DNA of 64,000 nucleotides. Source: Mustelus asterias. Its lineage: Eukaryota. The DNA lies in NCBI RefSeq assembly GCF_964213995.1, contig NW_027590120.1, positions 1,364,001 through 1,428,000 of the forward strand, written 5' to 3'. Made by a program: the position numbers and the translations under genes. Positions 35,551 to 48,499 of the stretch are shown in pieces (position 1 is the stretch's first letter; every line of letters begins with the position of its first letter). The notes beneath the pieces are model-generated. The model was not told where the DNA came from and did no database searches. It saw nothing but the letters and a program-made list of their open reading frames with translations.

Positions 35551-37672
35551 CTGATTTGAGAGAAAGGCCTAGTGTCTGAGGTCAGTGTGCTGTCGGTTGC
35601 ATGGTGTAACTGTTAGCACTCTGGACTCTCGCATTCAAACTCTTTCTAAGCTTGTGACATAACTGAGTGACTGACACATGTGGATGGACCTCATGCCCAC
35701 TGTGGCTCCCCTGCCTCTCAACGCTTTGTATTCTTGAGCAGTCGTCCTCTGGTGCTGAAGCAATGACGCCAAGAGAGTCATTCGGTGCATTGGACGCAAG
35801 TGCGGTGGAATTTGTTGAAGTTTCCTCAGTGTTTAGATTTGCACTGACTGAGAATTTTGAATAAAATGCCAACAGGAAACCCATCAGCGGCTTAAGCAAA
35901 GCAACGCAAGTCTCTGACGCTATTTGAACTCGAATCGCTGGATTCAGAGTCCAGAGTACTCAGCTTCACATCACAGATCCCAGAACACACTGACCACCAA
36001 AATGGTCCCTCGAAGAATTTGACCTCTTTCGTTCAATGTGGCAGCAACAGCAAGTGCGACAACAACGTGTCGTTATTCGCCACCATTGATAGGAGTGAAG
36101 CTCAGAAGACATAGTCCCCCAATCTACAGCAAATCATTTCCTTTGCAAGCCGTATCGGAAGACATCAGCAGAAATAATCATGTTTTATAGGACATTTACA
36201 GCTTACTGCTGCGTCCTCTGTTCCGTGGTGTAATGGTGCGCAAACTGGCCTTTAAATCTGCCAATGGAAATTCAGATCTCGGCTGAACCTTACTTTTCTT
36301 TGCAATGCTGATGATTATTTGCTGAAGGACATTTCTTTTAGATGTTTCACAAATTTCGAATCGATAGGAGCATTTGTCAGCCAGTTCAACTGCTATTACA
36401 ATGCACATTGCTGAGCCTCTGACGCCAGATGCTTGCAACATCTGTGATCTTCTATTTCATGATGTGGGGTTACCGGCGTTGGACTGGGGTATTTTTATTT
36501 ACAAACAGGACATAAATAGAAAGAGACGCAATTGCAAGGTAATGGTTGGAATGTGAATCTTTCGGGGTAATCAAGTCCTTACAGGTGCAGACAATTTTCT
36601 TTTTCATCTTTTCGCTGCACTTTAACGCTCTGGCGAAAGAACGGTGCAGTTGCTGTCAAAGAACAACAACCCTTCGACTGGATCGTGACTATTATTGAGC
36701 AAGCGTGTAGATGTGTGAGATCTAGGTGAAATGCCTCCTGCCTTCGGCGGACGTCCTGTTGGTTCTGTGTTGTAACGGTGAGCATTCTGGACTTTGTATA
36801 CAAAAATGAGAGTTCGAATCTCGCTGGAATGAGTATTCTCATCGGACCAACACTTGTTTAACTTGGGAAGATGACTCAGTGAATGGTATCAGTAGGGGAA
36901 CCATTTTGTGCCACGGTGGCACAGTGGTTAGCACTGCTGCCTCATAGTGCCAGGGACCGGGGTTCAGTTCAGTGAGGCTTCGGGTGACTGTGTGGAATTT
37001 GCACTATCTCCCCGTGTCTGCGTGTGTGAAGGAAGTTGATCACCCGGCACACAATGCAATGATTTGCGCGTTAGTTTGATTGGTCATGTTTTAATGCCCC
37101 CAGTGTCAGGGGGACAAAAAGCCAAAAATGTGGGATTACGGGGATAGGGCTTGTGTGTGACTGTTGTCGGTGCGGGCTGATGGGCCGAATGGCTTCTTTC
37201 TGCAGTGTAGGAATTCTAAGATTCTGCCTCTGAGCACTTTTTATTCTTGAGCAATCGTCCGCTGGGGCTGAAGCGTGCTGAGAGTGATCCGTTGCAATGT
37301 GACTGCGGTGGAATTTGCTGAAATTTCCTCGGAGTAGAAAATTCCACTTCCCTAGAATTTTAAATAAAATGCCCTTCAGCAAACCAATCATCGGCTTTCG
37401 CAAAGAAAAGCAATGTTTCATCGAGATCTGAACTCGGACAACTGCATTCAGAGACCAGAGTGCTCAACATCACGCCACAGAACCAGGAACACAGCCGCGA
37501 GCTGCAAATGGTCACTCAAGGACTGCGACCTCTTTCATTCAATGTGGCAGCAACAGCAAGTGGGTCAAATGCGTTGAGCGACTATTTGCAGCTGGCTGCT
37601 GTATTCTGGGTTCTCTGGTCTAATGGTGAGCACTTGAATCCAACGAGCCGAGTTCAAATTTAGGCCGATCCT
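35195..37672. pseudogene. Cluster of tRNA-Gln pseudogenes: 35195-35266 +, 35596-35640 +, 35908-35980 -, 36219-36290 +, 36761-36831 +, 37413-37484 -, 37609-37672 +
   Basis: Mutated versions of GGTTCCATGGTGTAATGGTTAGCACTCTGGACTCTGAATCCAG... with shared flanks. An HE1 SINE lies at 36910-37222 and a Glu half-gene at 34755-34800 (minus). Confidence 0.75.
35520..35547. repeat. (GT)n microsatellite
   Basis: About 14 TG units, directly visible. Confidence 0.95.
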
Positions 37673-38701
37673 TGCTCTCCTTTGCCATTGCTGAGAGTTG
37701 ATTTTTTGAAGGACCTTTTGTTTAAATTTCTCACAAAGCTGGAATTGGGAGGGCAATTTGTCAGACAGTTCAGCTTCTTTTACAATGCACATTGCTGAGC
37801 TTCTGGCGACAGGCGCTTGCATCAGCAATGTTCTTTTCATTTTTGCCGCTCTTTAACTCCTCTTTTGAAAGAAAGGAGCGGTTGGTGTAACACAACAACA
37901 ACTGTTCGACTGGAAACTGGCAATTACAACAACACTTATCACTTTTGACTTTCGCCGTCCCACTTTCTGTTTAAATTGGAACAGATGAGTGACTGAATGT
38001 CACCTGTAGGTTGACCCCCTTCAATATATATATTGACTTAGTAACATCTTTTGAAATGAATAATCCGCATTTTGTTTCATTTTATGTTAATCAGGGTGAC
38101 ACGTGCTTGTATCTTACTATTCAAAACCTCAACCCCTTAACGATTTAAACAGGTAAGGTTCAGTCGAAGAAAACTGATTCAAATTGAACCAAACATTGTT
38201 ACTGGAGTTGTTGCAAATCGCAACTCAAAAAAGACCATGTTGGCAACACTCAGCAGGTCAAACAGCGTCTATTGGGAGAGAAACAGAGTGAGTGTGTAGG
38301 GTCGCTGACCTTTTATCCAAACTGGGAGAATTTCGAGATTTAATGGTTTACTAAAAAATACAAAATAAAGGGAAATAGAGAGCGAAAGGATGAAAAGTCA
38401 AACTCCCTTGTGATAGGATGTAAGGCTGGAGTGATTAAAGGACAATGGGGATTGTTGTTTCCATTGACACAATCTCCCAGGTCTGGGTTCCAAATTCGAG
38501 CAAAATGAGAAGAAACCTACTCACTGAATTAAGCACTAAACACTTCGAATTCCAGGGAAGCAAAGATAACTTTAACTCAGAAAGCAGTAACGGTGAGATC
38601 AACAAAGCGGGATGGAGAAAGACTCAGTTTGAGCGGTGGTAGTGCCGGAGGAATGGAGAGCTGGCGTTTACCCAGGAATGGGGCAAACTTTAAAATAATC
38701 A

Positions 38702-38766
38702 CGCCCGACGTGGGGTTCGACCGTGAGATTAAGAGTCTCATGCTCTACCGACTGAGCTAGCCGGGC
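38702..38766 (-). pseudogene. tRNA-Lys(CTT) pseudogene with an 8-nt deletion
   Basis: GCCCGGCTAGCTCAGTCGGTAGAGCATGAGACTCTTAATCTCACGGTCGAACCCCACGTCGGGCG, 65 nt, with the 5' side of the T arm deleted. Confidence 0.88.
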
Positions 38767-39516
38767 ACATGTGGGCCCCAGCACTCCATATCCAAAAATG
38801 TGTGGAGGCAAATAAAGCGTTTCCATCTGGTGTCTCAGCTTGTTCTGATTACAAAGTTTATAATTATTCAATCTACGGAATCCCCGAGGTTACAATGCAT
38901 TCCTCTCAATCATCAATAACTTCATTCACATCTTCCACTTCTTAGCTTCACCTCTTTTCAAACATTGCACAGTCTTATATTTTTCACCTTAATATTTTTT
39001 GATCTGAATATTCCAACCACTTGGGGAAAGAGCGTTTCAGTGTGTCCGAAGTCAAACTGTCTCGCCATTTTCAGGCTTTCCAATCCGATCACCTCTCATT
39101 ATTCTAATCTACAGAGCAAACAGATTCATTCCACTGAATCTCTCCTCCCAGGACAACCGCATCATCACAGAAATCAATCCAGTGAACCTTGATTGAACAC
39201 AGACAACGAAAGAATAAAGGGAATATAGAGCAAAAGGGGGAACAGTGATTGATGAACTGACAGAGAGACAGAGAGTGAAAGAGCCTGAGACAGGTATACA
39301 GCAACAAAAAAGACACGGAGAGGGACAGAGAGTGCGGCAGAATCGAATAAACACAAAGCAGCTGTCTGAAACCAGAAGAATGCGGTCCTCCGAGTTGGTG
39401 AATGAGGATTAAGTGAATTTCCGAAAGCATAGTCACCTTTTGAAAATGTCTTGATTCTTTGTGAGTGTGTTGTGCTGACAGAATCCCTGCATTGTCTGCT
39501 CAGGTTCTCAAATCAA

Positions 39517-41289
39517 GGATGAGATGTGAAGGCATAGGACCCTTAAAAGGTGAAGGGGGAAAAGTTTGTGCGGAACCGTTAGAAATGGCGGAGCTGCTTA
39601 ATGAATACTTTACCTCGGTATTCACGGTGGAAAGGGATCTGGGTGGTTGTACTGCTGGTTTGCGGTGGACAGAAAGGATCGAGCATGTGGACATAAAGAA
39701 AGAGGATGTGTTGGAACTATTGAATGGCATCAAGGTTGGTAAGTCGCCGGGACCGGATGGGATGTACCCCAGGTTACTGTGGGAGGCGAGGGAGGAGATT
39801 GCGGAGCCTTTGGCGATGATCTTTGCATCGTCGATGGAGACGGGAGAGGTTCCGTAGGATTGGAGGATTGCAGATGTGGTCCCTATATTCAAGAAAGGGA
39901 ACAGGGACAGCCCGGGAAATTACCGACCGGTGAGTCTAACCTCAGTGGTTGGTAAGTTGATGGAGAGGATCCTGAGAGACAGGATTTATGATCATCTAGA
40001 GAAGTTTAGTATGATCAAAAGTAGTCAGCACGGCTTTGTCAAGGGCAGGTCGTGCCTTACGAGCCTGGTTGAGTTCTTTGAAAATGTGACCAAACACATT
40101 GACGAAGGAAGAGCGGTGGATGTGGTCTATATGGACTTCAGCAAGGCGTTCGATAAGGTCCCCCATGCAAGACTTCTTGAGAAAGTGAGAGGGCATGGGA
40201 TCCAAGGGGCTGTTGCCTTGTGGATCCAGAACTGGCTTGCCTGCAGAAGGCAGAGAGTGGCTGTGGAGGGGTCTTTCTCTGCATGGAGGTCAGTGACCAG
40301 TGGAGTGCCCCAGGGATCTGTTCTGGGACCCTTGCTGTTTGTCATTTTCATAAATGACCTGGATGAGGAAGTGGAGGGATGGGTTGGTAAGTTTGCTGAC
40401 GACACCAAGGTAGGTGGTGTTGTGGATAGTTTGGAGGGATGTCAGAAGTTGCAGCGAGACATAGATAGAATGCAAGACTGGGCGGAGAAGTGGCAGATGG
40501 ACTTCAACCCGGATAAGTGTGTGGTGATCCATTTTGGCAGATCCAATGGGATGAAGCAGCAGTATAATATGAAGGGTACCATTCTTAGCAGTGTAGAGGA
40601 TCAGAAGGACCTTGGGGTCCGGGTCCATAGGACTCTTAAATCGGCCTCGCAGGTGGAGGATGCGGTCAAGAAGGCGTACGGCGTACTGGCCTTCATTAAC
40701 CGAGGGATTGAGTTTAGGAGTCGGGAGATAATGCTGCAGCTTTATAGGACCCTGGTTAGACCCCACTTGGAGTACTGCGCGCAGTTCTGGTCACCTCATT
40801 ACAGGAAAGATGTTGAAGCCATTGAAAGGGTGCAGAGGAGATTTACAAGGATGTTGCCTGGATTGGGGGGCATGCCTTATGAGGATAGGTTGAGGGAGCT
40901 TGGTTTCTTCTCCCTGGAGAGACGAAGGATGAGAGGTGACCTGATAGAGGTTTACAAGATGTTGAGAGGTCTGGATAGGGTAGACTCTCAGAGGCTATTT
41001 CCAAGGGCTGAAATGGTTGCTACGAGAGGACACAGGTTTAAGGTGCTGGGGGGTAGGTACAGAGGAGATGTCAGGGGTAAGTTTTTCACTCAGAGGGTGG
41101 TGGGTGAGTGGAATCGGCTGACGTCGGTGGTGGTGGAGGCAAACTCGTTGGGGTCTTTTAAGAGACTTCTGGATGAGTACATGGGATTTAATGGGATTGA
41201 GGGCTATAGATAGGCCTAGAGGTGGGGATGTGATCGGCGCAACTTGTGGGCCGAAGGGCCTGTTTGTGCTGTGGCTTTCTATGTTCTAT
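39517..41289 (+). mobile_element. Young 5'-truncated CR1 LINE with a complete RT domain
   Basis: One frame with a single TAG (39855-39857). Motifs PGNYRPVSLTS, YMDFSKAFDKV, GVPQGSVLGP and FADD; (TTCTATG) tail. Confidence 0.95.
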
Positions 41290-41376
41290 ACCCCATGTAA
41301 ACAAATCCTGCCATGTGCACGGGAAATAAACTAACAAAACCCTCCTCTTGTCCAATGCGAAACGACAGCTTAATGA

Positions 41377-41465
41377 GGGCTTACCCAGAATTTGAACTGG
41401 GACCTCACGCAGGCTTGCGGATTTTAGCACCCAAAGCGAGAATCATACCCCGAGGCGAAATAGCA
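41377..41465 (-). pseudogene. tRNA-Pro(TGG) pseudogene with an 18-nt insert at the canonical intron position
   Basis: Reverse complement ...GGGGTATGATTCTCGCTT-TGG-G-[TGCTAAAATCCGCAAGCC]-TGCGTGAGGTCCCAGTTCAAATTCTGGGTAAGCCC. The insert is 41429-41412. Confidence 0.8.
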
Positions 41466-41737
41466 ATCGTGATGAATGCAAGTCAACTGAATATATTTTC
41501 ACTGCCATCCAAAGCGGATCATACACCTGCACTGAACGGTGATAATGCTGGAAAAATCTCAGGAAGTAATACAGAGTGTGCACAGGAAACAAAGCTCATC
41601 TTTCACCTCCAAGACTTTTCATTAACATTGGGAATGGTTAGAAATGTAGGAAGTTTAAAACAAGTGAAATCCAGCAGGGAGGAAACATATCCGAGCTGTT
41701 AGAATTCTGCCGAAAGGACCAAAACTTAAATTGACTC

Positions 41738-41826
41738 TGACAGCGGTGGGATTCAGACTCAAACTCACACCGCCTCAGAAACTGAAGCCTTAATCCAGCG
41801 CCTTAGACCGTTCGGCAACAGGAGCA
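41738..41826 (-). pseudogene. tRNA-Leu(AAG) pseudogene in a third, inverted copy of the Leu unit (to about 42490); Glu pseudogene at about 42745-42817 (-)
   Basis: Reverse complement ...CCGAACGGTCTAAGGCGCTGGATTAAGGCTTCAG...CCCACCGCTGTCA. Its flank is the reverse complement of 28450-29030. Confidence 0.78.
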
Positions 41827-43939
41827 GAAAAATAATCATGCTAATCCTGCGATTTACTGATATTGTTACTGAAATACATTGGAAGCAACTGTGTTGGGAA
41901 AGGCCGTCAGGAGCCTGCACCTTCACTGAGTCAACTCATCCTGAACTGTTCAACAAACAGAAATCATCTCCAGTCAGAAACACAATGAGCTGCAATAAAG
42001 GCCCGGCACCATTTAAATTGTCCTTAGCCTCGTCTGTTTCCCAAACTCCTGATAGAAATGACAAGAAAACTTCCTGTTGGAAGTCTTCACTTCCGGACAC
42101 GAGGCGAGATTGTGTTTGATATGTTCCACCAGGCAATAACTGACATCTGTTTTCACGGTTTGGATGCGAGGAATAAATCTTCATTTACTGACCTGCAATC
42201 ACAACATCAGTGAAAATGTCAATCTCTAACCCCCAGAGCAGCAGTTTACAGTGTGTTTTAGAATTTGCTTTATCCACGCTACTTTTGTTATTTTTGTTTT
42301 CATACTTTCACCACAAACAAGTTTTTCCTGCAAAATGGCACATTCTGCTTCAACACAGTGATGTGTTCAACCAATGAAAACACACAGCAATCAATCCACT
42401 GCAGTTAACACTTTCGCTTCCGACGGTTCGGAACTGGACAGAAACATTTCCAAATGTTTTTCAATGCAGAGTGAGGGAAACATTTCATATTTCGCTGACA
42501 GTGTAATCGGTAAAAATCTGGCCAATCATAATCCAGATTTTCCCTTGCATCACCATCTCTATTGCTCGTGCTTTGCAGACCATCACTGCCCTTCTCTTTC
42601 TGTGTTTGTTCTTGAACTGTTGAACATGTGACATTTCCAGCTCTGATGATGTAAACTTACAATCCTTACTCGGCTGATTCTAGTAGATCTGCTTTCGATC
42701 AAAGAGTAAATCACCTTATTTTTAATCGTTTGCTGAGAATATTTTCTTCTTGAGCGAGAGTTGAAACCAAATATCACTGGGAGAGTGCTAAACACAAACC
42801 AGTGGACTACCAGGGTAACTGGTGAACTGAGGTTTTCGAATTATATCCCTTTGCTTATTATTTTCATCCCTGATCGTTTTCACTCGAGACAAGTTTCTCC
42901 TTCAAAGTGTCCTGTTTGTATGGAACATAGGTACTTCCTTCAGCCAGTGAGGACACCAATTAAGTTCGCTGGGACAAGAAATTGACAGTGAGTGAAATCG
43001 TCCCACCAGATGCTGAAGTGATCGAGGTATATAAAATTTTAAAAGAATTGATAGAATAAATGTAGACCAAATGTTTCATCTTTTCGGGCAATCGAGAAGA
43101 AGAGGTCACATGTATATTAAAGCAAGATACTGTGGGTGCTGGACTCTGAAAACCCCCCAGGAAAAGCTGGAAAATCTCAGCTCCTCTGACAGCCTCTGTG
43201 GGGAAAGGATAGAGCCAATATTTCGAGTCGAGATGACATTTTGTCAGAGCTAGTGTTTCATATATAGGTTGAGAGGCGGTGGACTTAAAACTGAGATGCT
43301 GAGTAACCACGTATTGCTGACAGTCGTGGATTTGTGGAATTTGCTGCCCCATAGCATGGTGGATTCTGAATCTTTAAACGTTTTCAAGAAAGAGAACAGG
43401 TGGGAACGTAGATTTGTGACCAGGGAGAGATCAGTCATGAACTGATTGAATGCAGGCTCGAAGAGCTGTATTTGCCTACTTCTGATCTTAGTTCCTATGT
43501 TCTTAAGTGTAATTGTCAATTTTCAAAACCCCCAACCACATCAATGTGACAGGTGTGCAATCCACGTACAGCACATCCACAGGTTCCCCTTTAGCCCTTG
43601 AGTCCTGTAAAGAACTTTGGACTGGCCTCATTCTATGGTGGAATCACTTTGTGATATTTTTTTTTTGTGTCTCCCATTTAATCTCTCCTGACTTCCACCT
43701 CATCAGCTGTTGTTATGTTTCTTCCCTCCTGGATGTCACTTGTTTAAAACGTCGTACATTTCTAACCATTTCCAGTTTAAATTACACGTCACGGAGGTGA
43801 AAAATTGAACTTTATTTCCCTGTGCACAGAAGAGTCCTGACTTCCCGCCTTTTTTTCAGCACTTTCACTTTCACTGCAGATGTCTGATCAGATTTTGATG
43901 GCAATGGGAATGTAATGCCTAAACTGCTTTCCTCTCGGT

Positions 43940-44017
43940 GGCTCGTAGGTCTGGGGGTACGATTCTGGCTTTGGGTATTAAGATCCACAAAGTCACAAGA
44001 GGTCCAGAACAAGTCCT
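43940..44017 (+). pseudogene. Second tRNA-Pro(TGG) pseudogene with a homologous 18-nt insert
   Basis: GGCTCGTAGGTCTGGGGGTACGATTCTGGCTT-TGG-G-[TATTAAGATCCACAAAGT]-CACAAGAGGTCC... The T arm is partly deleted. The insert is 43976-43993. Confidence 0.78.
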
Positions 44018-45285
44018 CATTTAGCTGTTGTTTGCGATAGGGTTTGTGAACAAACCGTTGGGTTTGTTAACTTACTTCCCGTGCACACGGCAGGATTGGT
44101 TTACATGGGGTTTGGTTTGAGAATCCGAGCACACGCTGCAAGGATTCTATCAACATAACATGCTCACAAATAAATCAAGACATCTTTAAAAGATGTGGAT
44201 ATTCACTTTATCTCTATTCGCCAATTCAGAGAAACCCATGCCTGTGGGTTCAGAAAGCTGATGTGCGTATAGCCATGATGTGGAGATGTGACGTTGAACA
44301 GGTGTGGGCACATTAAGAGGTCTCAGAACACCAAGTTAAAGTCCAATAGGTTTTTTTGTTATCACAAGTCTTCAGAGCCATCATCAGGTAAGTGATATGT
44401 ATTGGGGTATCACGGTGGCAGAGTGGTTATCACTGCTGCTTCAGGGACCTGCATTCGATTCCCCGCTCGAGTAACTGTCTGTTTGGAGTTGGCAAATTCT
44501 CCCCATGTCTGCGTGTGTTATTTCTGGGTGATCCAGTTTCCTTCCACAGTCACAAGAGTTGCTGGTTAGGTGCACTGGCCATGCTAAATTGTCCCTTAGA
44601 GTCTGGTAAATGCATGGGGTTATTGGGATAGTACTTTGGTCGATGCAGACTCGATGGACCGAATGGCGTCCTTCTGCACTGCAGTAATTCTACAGGACTA
44701 TCCATGGATTGTTGATGTCTGCTCTGTCTCTTTTTGTCACTCTATTACCGTTTCTAGTTTCTTTCAGTCTCTGTCTCTATTCTCTTTCTATTCTCTCGCT
44801 GTATATGTGTAACCAAGATCCTCTGGATTGACTTCTATGATGAGGCTGTTCTCCTGGGAGGAGAGATCCAGTTGGATGAATATGTTCTCCCTGTAGTTTA
44901 GAATGAGAGGTGATCACAATGAAAAGTCTGAAACTGGGAGACAGTTTGACAGTATACATGCTGTGTGGCTTCACGCGCTGACTGGAGTATTTCAAACAAG
45001 AATATTAAGATGACATAGAGTCATAGAGGTTTACAGCATGGAAACAGGCCCCTCGGCCCAACTTGTCCATGCCGCCCGATAGAAGTAAGAAGAGTTTTCA
45101 ATGTTTGGAAGGACATGAATCTAAGACGTGAAAGATGAAAATGATGTTAATATTATTGAGAGGAATGCATTGTAACCTTCAGCATTCAGGAGGTCGATTC
45201 ATTGTAAACTTTGTAATCAGAACAAACTGGATAGAAATAGAAACACATATTTGTTTTGGAATCTGGAACGGCCGCCCCTTAATGT

Positions 45286-45358
45286 GCTCGGCTAGCTCAG
45301 TCGTTAAAGCATGAGACGCTTAATCTCAGGGTCATGTGTTCGAGCCACAGGTTGGACG
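45286..45358 (+). pseudogene. tRNA-Lys(CTT) pseudogene
   Basis: GCTCGGCTAGCTCAGTCGTTAAAGCATGAGACGCTTAATCTCAGGGTCATGTGTTCGAGCCACAGGTTGGACG, 73 nt with several substitutions at invariant positions. Confidence 0.85.
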
Positions 45359-46124
45359 CAGCTGTTTTTAAACCTTGCCCTTTTCCTGGGTGAACGACAG
45401 TTTTCCATTGCTCTGGAGGTGTCACCAGTCAAACTGAGTCTTTCTCCATCCCATTGTTAATCTTAAAGTTAATGATTTATGACTGAGAACTGCCTCATCT
45501 TCACTGGAAGGCGAGGAGTTTCGTGCATAATTCAGCGAGAAATTTTCTTTTCATTTAGAGTGAGATTTGGATCCAGATCTGGGAGATTGCGTCAGTGTAA
45601 ACATTAATCTTCCCCATTGTCATTCCATCACTCCAGCCTTACATCCTATCACGAGGACGTTTGTTCTTTCCTCCTCGCCCTTGCTATTTTCGTTGACTTT
45701 GTATTTGTTTGTAAATCATTAAATCTCTAAATTCTTCCAGTTTGGAGAAAAGATGAGCGACCTGAAACAATCATTCCGTTTCCCTCTCCATAGACGCTGT
45801 TTGACCTGTTTTGTGTTTCGAACATTTTCTGCTTTGAGGTGGGAGTTGCAGCAACTGCAGTATGTTGTTTTTGGGTAACAGTACATCAGTTTTCTCTGAC
45901 TGAACCTTACCTGTTTAAGTAGTTAAAGTGCTGAAGTTTTAAATAATAAGACACCAGGATACGTCACCCTGTTTGACATGAAATGAAACAAGATGAGAGG
46001 AAATCATTTCATAAAATATTGCTAATGCAATATAAATTTCATTGCGAAGGTCAGTATTTGTTGGCCATCCCTCTTTTCCCTTCAACTGAATATTTTGCTG
46101 CGCCATTTCAAAGCATATTTAACA

Positions 46125-48470
46125 GTCATAGATTCGTAGAATCATACAGGTTTAAAACAAGGAAACAGGCCCTTCGGCCCAACATATCCATGCCGCCCTA
46201 TTTTTAATGATTAAGCTAGTCCCAATTGCCCGCGTTTGGGACATAGCCCTCAATAGCCATCTTATCCATGTAACCGTCTAAACGACTTTTCAAAGGCAAA
46301 ATTGTACCTTTCTCTACGACTACCTCTGGCAGCTTGTTCCAGGCACTCACCATCCTCTGTGTGAAAAAAATGCTCATCTGGACCCCTTTGTATCTCTCCC
46401 CTCTCACCTAAAATATATGCTCTCTAGTTTTAGACTCCGCTACCTTTGGAAAGATACACTGACTATCTAGCTGATCTATGCCTTTCATTATCTAATGGAC
46501 CTCTGGAAGATCACCCCTAAGCCTCCTACGCTCCAGAGAAAAGAGTCCCAGTCTATCCAGCCCCTCCTTGTAACTCAAACGATGAAGTCCCTGTGGCATC
46601 CTCGTAAATCTTTTCTGCACTGTTTCTAGTTCAATAATATCCTTTGTATGATAGGGTGACCGGAATTGTACACAGTATTCCAAGTGTGGCCTTACTTGTC
46701 TTGTGCAACTTCAAGGAGACATCCCAACTCCTGTATTCAATGTTCCGACCCATGAAACCAAGCTTACCGAATACCCACTTCGCCAATCTGTCCACCTGTG
46801 ACTCCACTTTCAATGAGATGTTCCCTAGATCTCTTTGTTCTATAACTCTCCCCAACGCCCTACCATTAACTGAGTAAGTCATGCCGTGGTTCGATCTACC
46901 AAAAGTTATCACCTCACATTTATCTGAAGTAAACTCCATCTGCCATTCGTCAGGCCACTGGCACAATTGATCAAGACCCCGTTGCAGTCCTTGATAACCT
47001 TCTTTACAGTCCACTATGCCACCTATCTAGATGTCATCTGCAAACTTACAAACTATGCCTCCTAAATTTTCATCCAAATCATCAAAAAAATGACAAAAAA
47101 CAGTGGACCCAACACCGATCCCTGAGACAAACCGCTGGTCACAGGCCTTCTGGTTTGAAAAACAACCCTCGACAACCACCCTTTGTGTTCTGTCATCAAG
47201 CCAATTTTGTACCTATTTGGCACCTCACCCTGGATACCGTGAGAATGAACCTTACGCAACAACGTATCATGCGATACTTTGTCGAAGGCCTTGCTAAATT
47301 CCAGGTAGTCAACATCAACTGCACTTCCTCATGTACCTTCTTGGTTACGCCTTCAAAAAACTGCATTAAATTTGTGAGAAATGATGTTCCACTCACAATG
47401 CCTTGCTGATTCTCCCTAATCAGTCCTTGCCTCTCTAAATGCCTATCGATCCTGTCTCTCAGAATGCCTTCTAAAAACTTACCCACTACAGATATGAGGC
47501 TCATCTGCCTGTAGTTTCCAGGCTTTTCTGTGCAGCCCATTTTAAGCAAATACGCAACATTTGCCACCTTCCAGTCTTCAGGCGCCTCAATATGGCTGGC
47601 CATGATTCAAATATCTCTGCAAGGGGAAAGTCAATTTCCTCTTTCGCCACCCCCCCCCGCCGCCCCCCCTCCCCCACAACGTCCTGTTATACACTTCATC
47701 AGGTCCCTGGGATGTATCTAGCTTGATGCACTTTAAGACATCCAGCACCTCCTTCTCTGTTACACGCCTCAAGACATCACTATTTTTTTCCCTAAGTTCC
47801 CTAACATTTTTTGCCTTTTACAACACTAAATACCGATAAGAAATATTCATTTATCATTTCACCCTTCTCTTGTGGATCCGCACATAAATTACCTTGTTGA
47901 TTCTTAATAGGTCCTACTCTCTCCCCTAGTTTCTCTTTTACCCTTCATACATTTGTAGAAACTCTTTGCATTCTGCTTTGCCCTATGTGCCAAAGCATTC
48001 TCGTGTCCTCTTTTTGCTCTCCTGAATCCTCTTATCTCTACTCCTACGCCCTCTATATTCTTCAAGGATCCATTTGATCCCAGCTGCCGGTGTATGACAT
48101 ATATCTCATTCTTCTTCTTGACCACGGCATCAATATCCCCAGTTATCCAGCGTTCCCTCCTTCTACCAGCCTTGAACTTCACGCTAAGATGAATGTGCTT
48201 GTCCTGATACCTGGTTAACAGACTGTTGAAAGCCTCCCACTTACCAGACGCCTCTTTGCCTGCCAACAAATTCCCCAATTAACTTTTGAAAGTTCCTGTC
48301 TGATAACATTAATATTGGCCTTGCCCCAATTTAGAATTTTAACTTTTGGGCCAGGCCTATCGTTCTCCGTAGCTATCTTAAAACTAATGGAATTATGGTC
48401 ACTCGTCCCAAAGTGATCCCTCACTCTCCTTCTGTCACCTACTCTTCCTTATTTCCCAAGAGGAGATCAT
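46125..48470 (-). mobile_element. Degraded CR1 LINE (endonuclease end through RT and 3' UTR)
   Basis: Fragmented frames HFGTSDHNSISF, PEDWKVANV...PGNYR, GLSQGSVLGP, EYCVQF and FFTQRMVSAWNKLP. Confidence 0.9.
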
Positions 48471-48499
48471 GTTTGTCCCCCTCTCTCGTCGGAACATTC

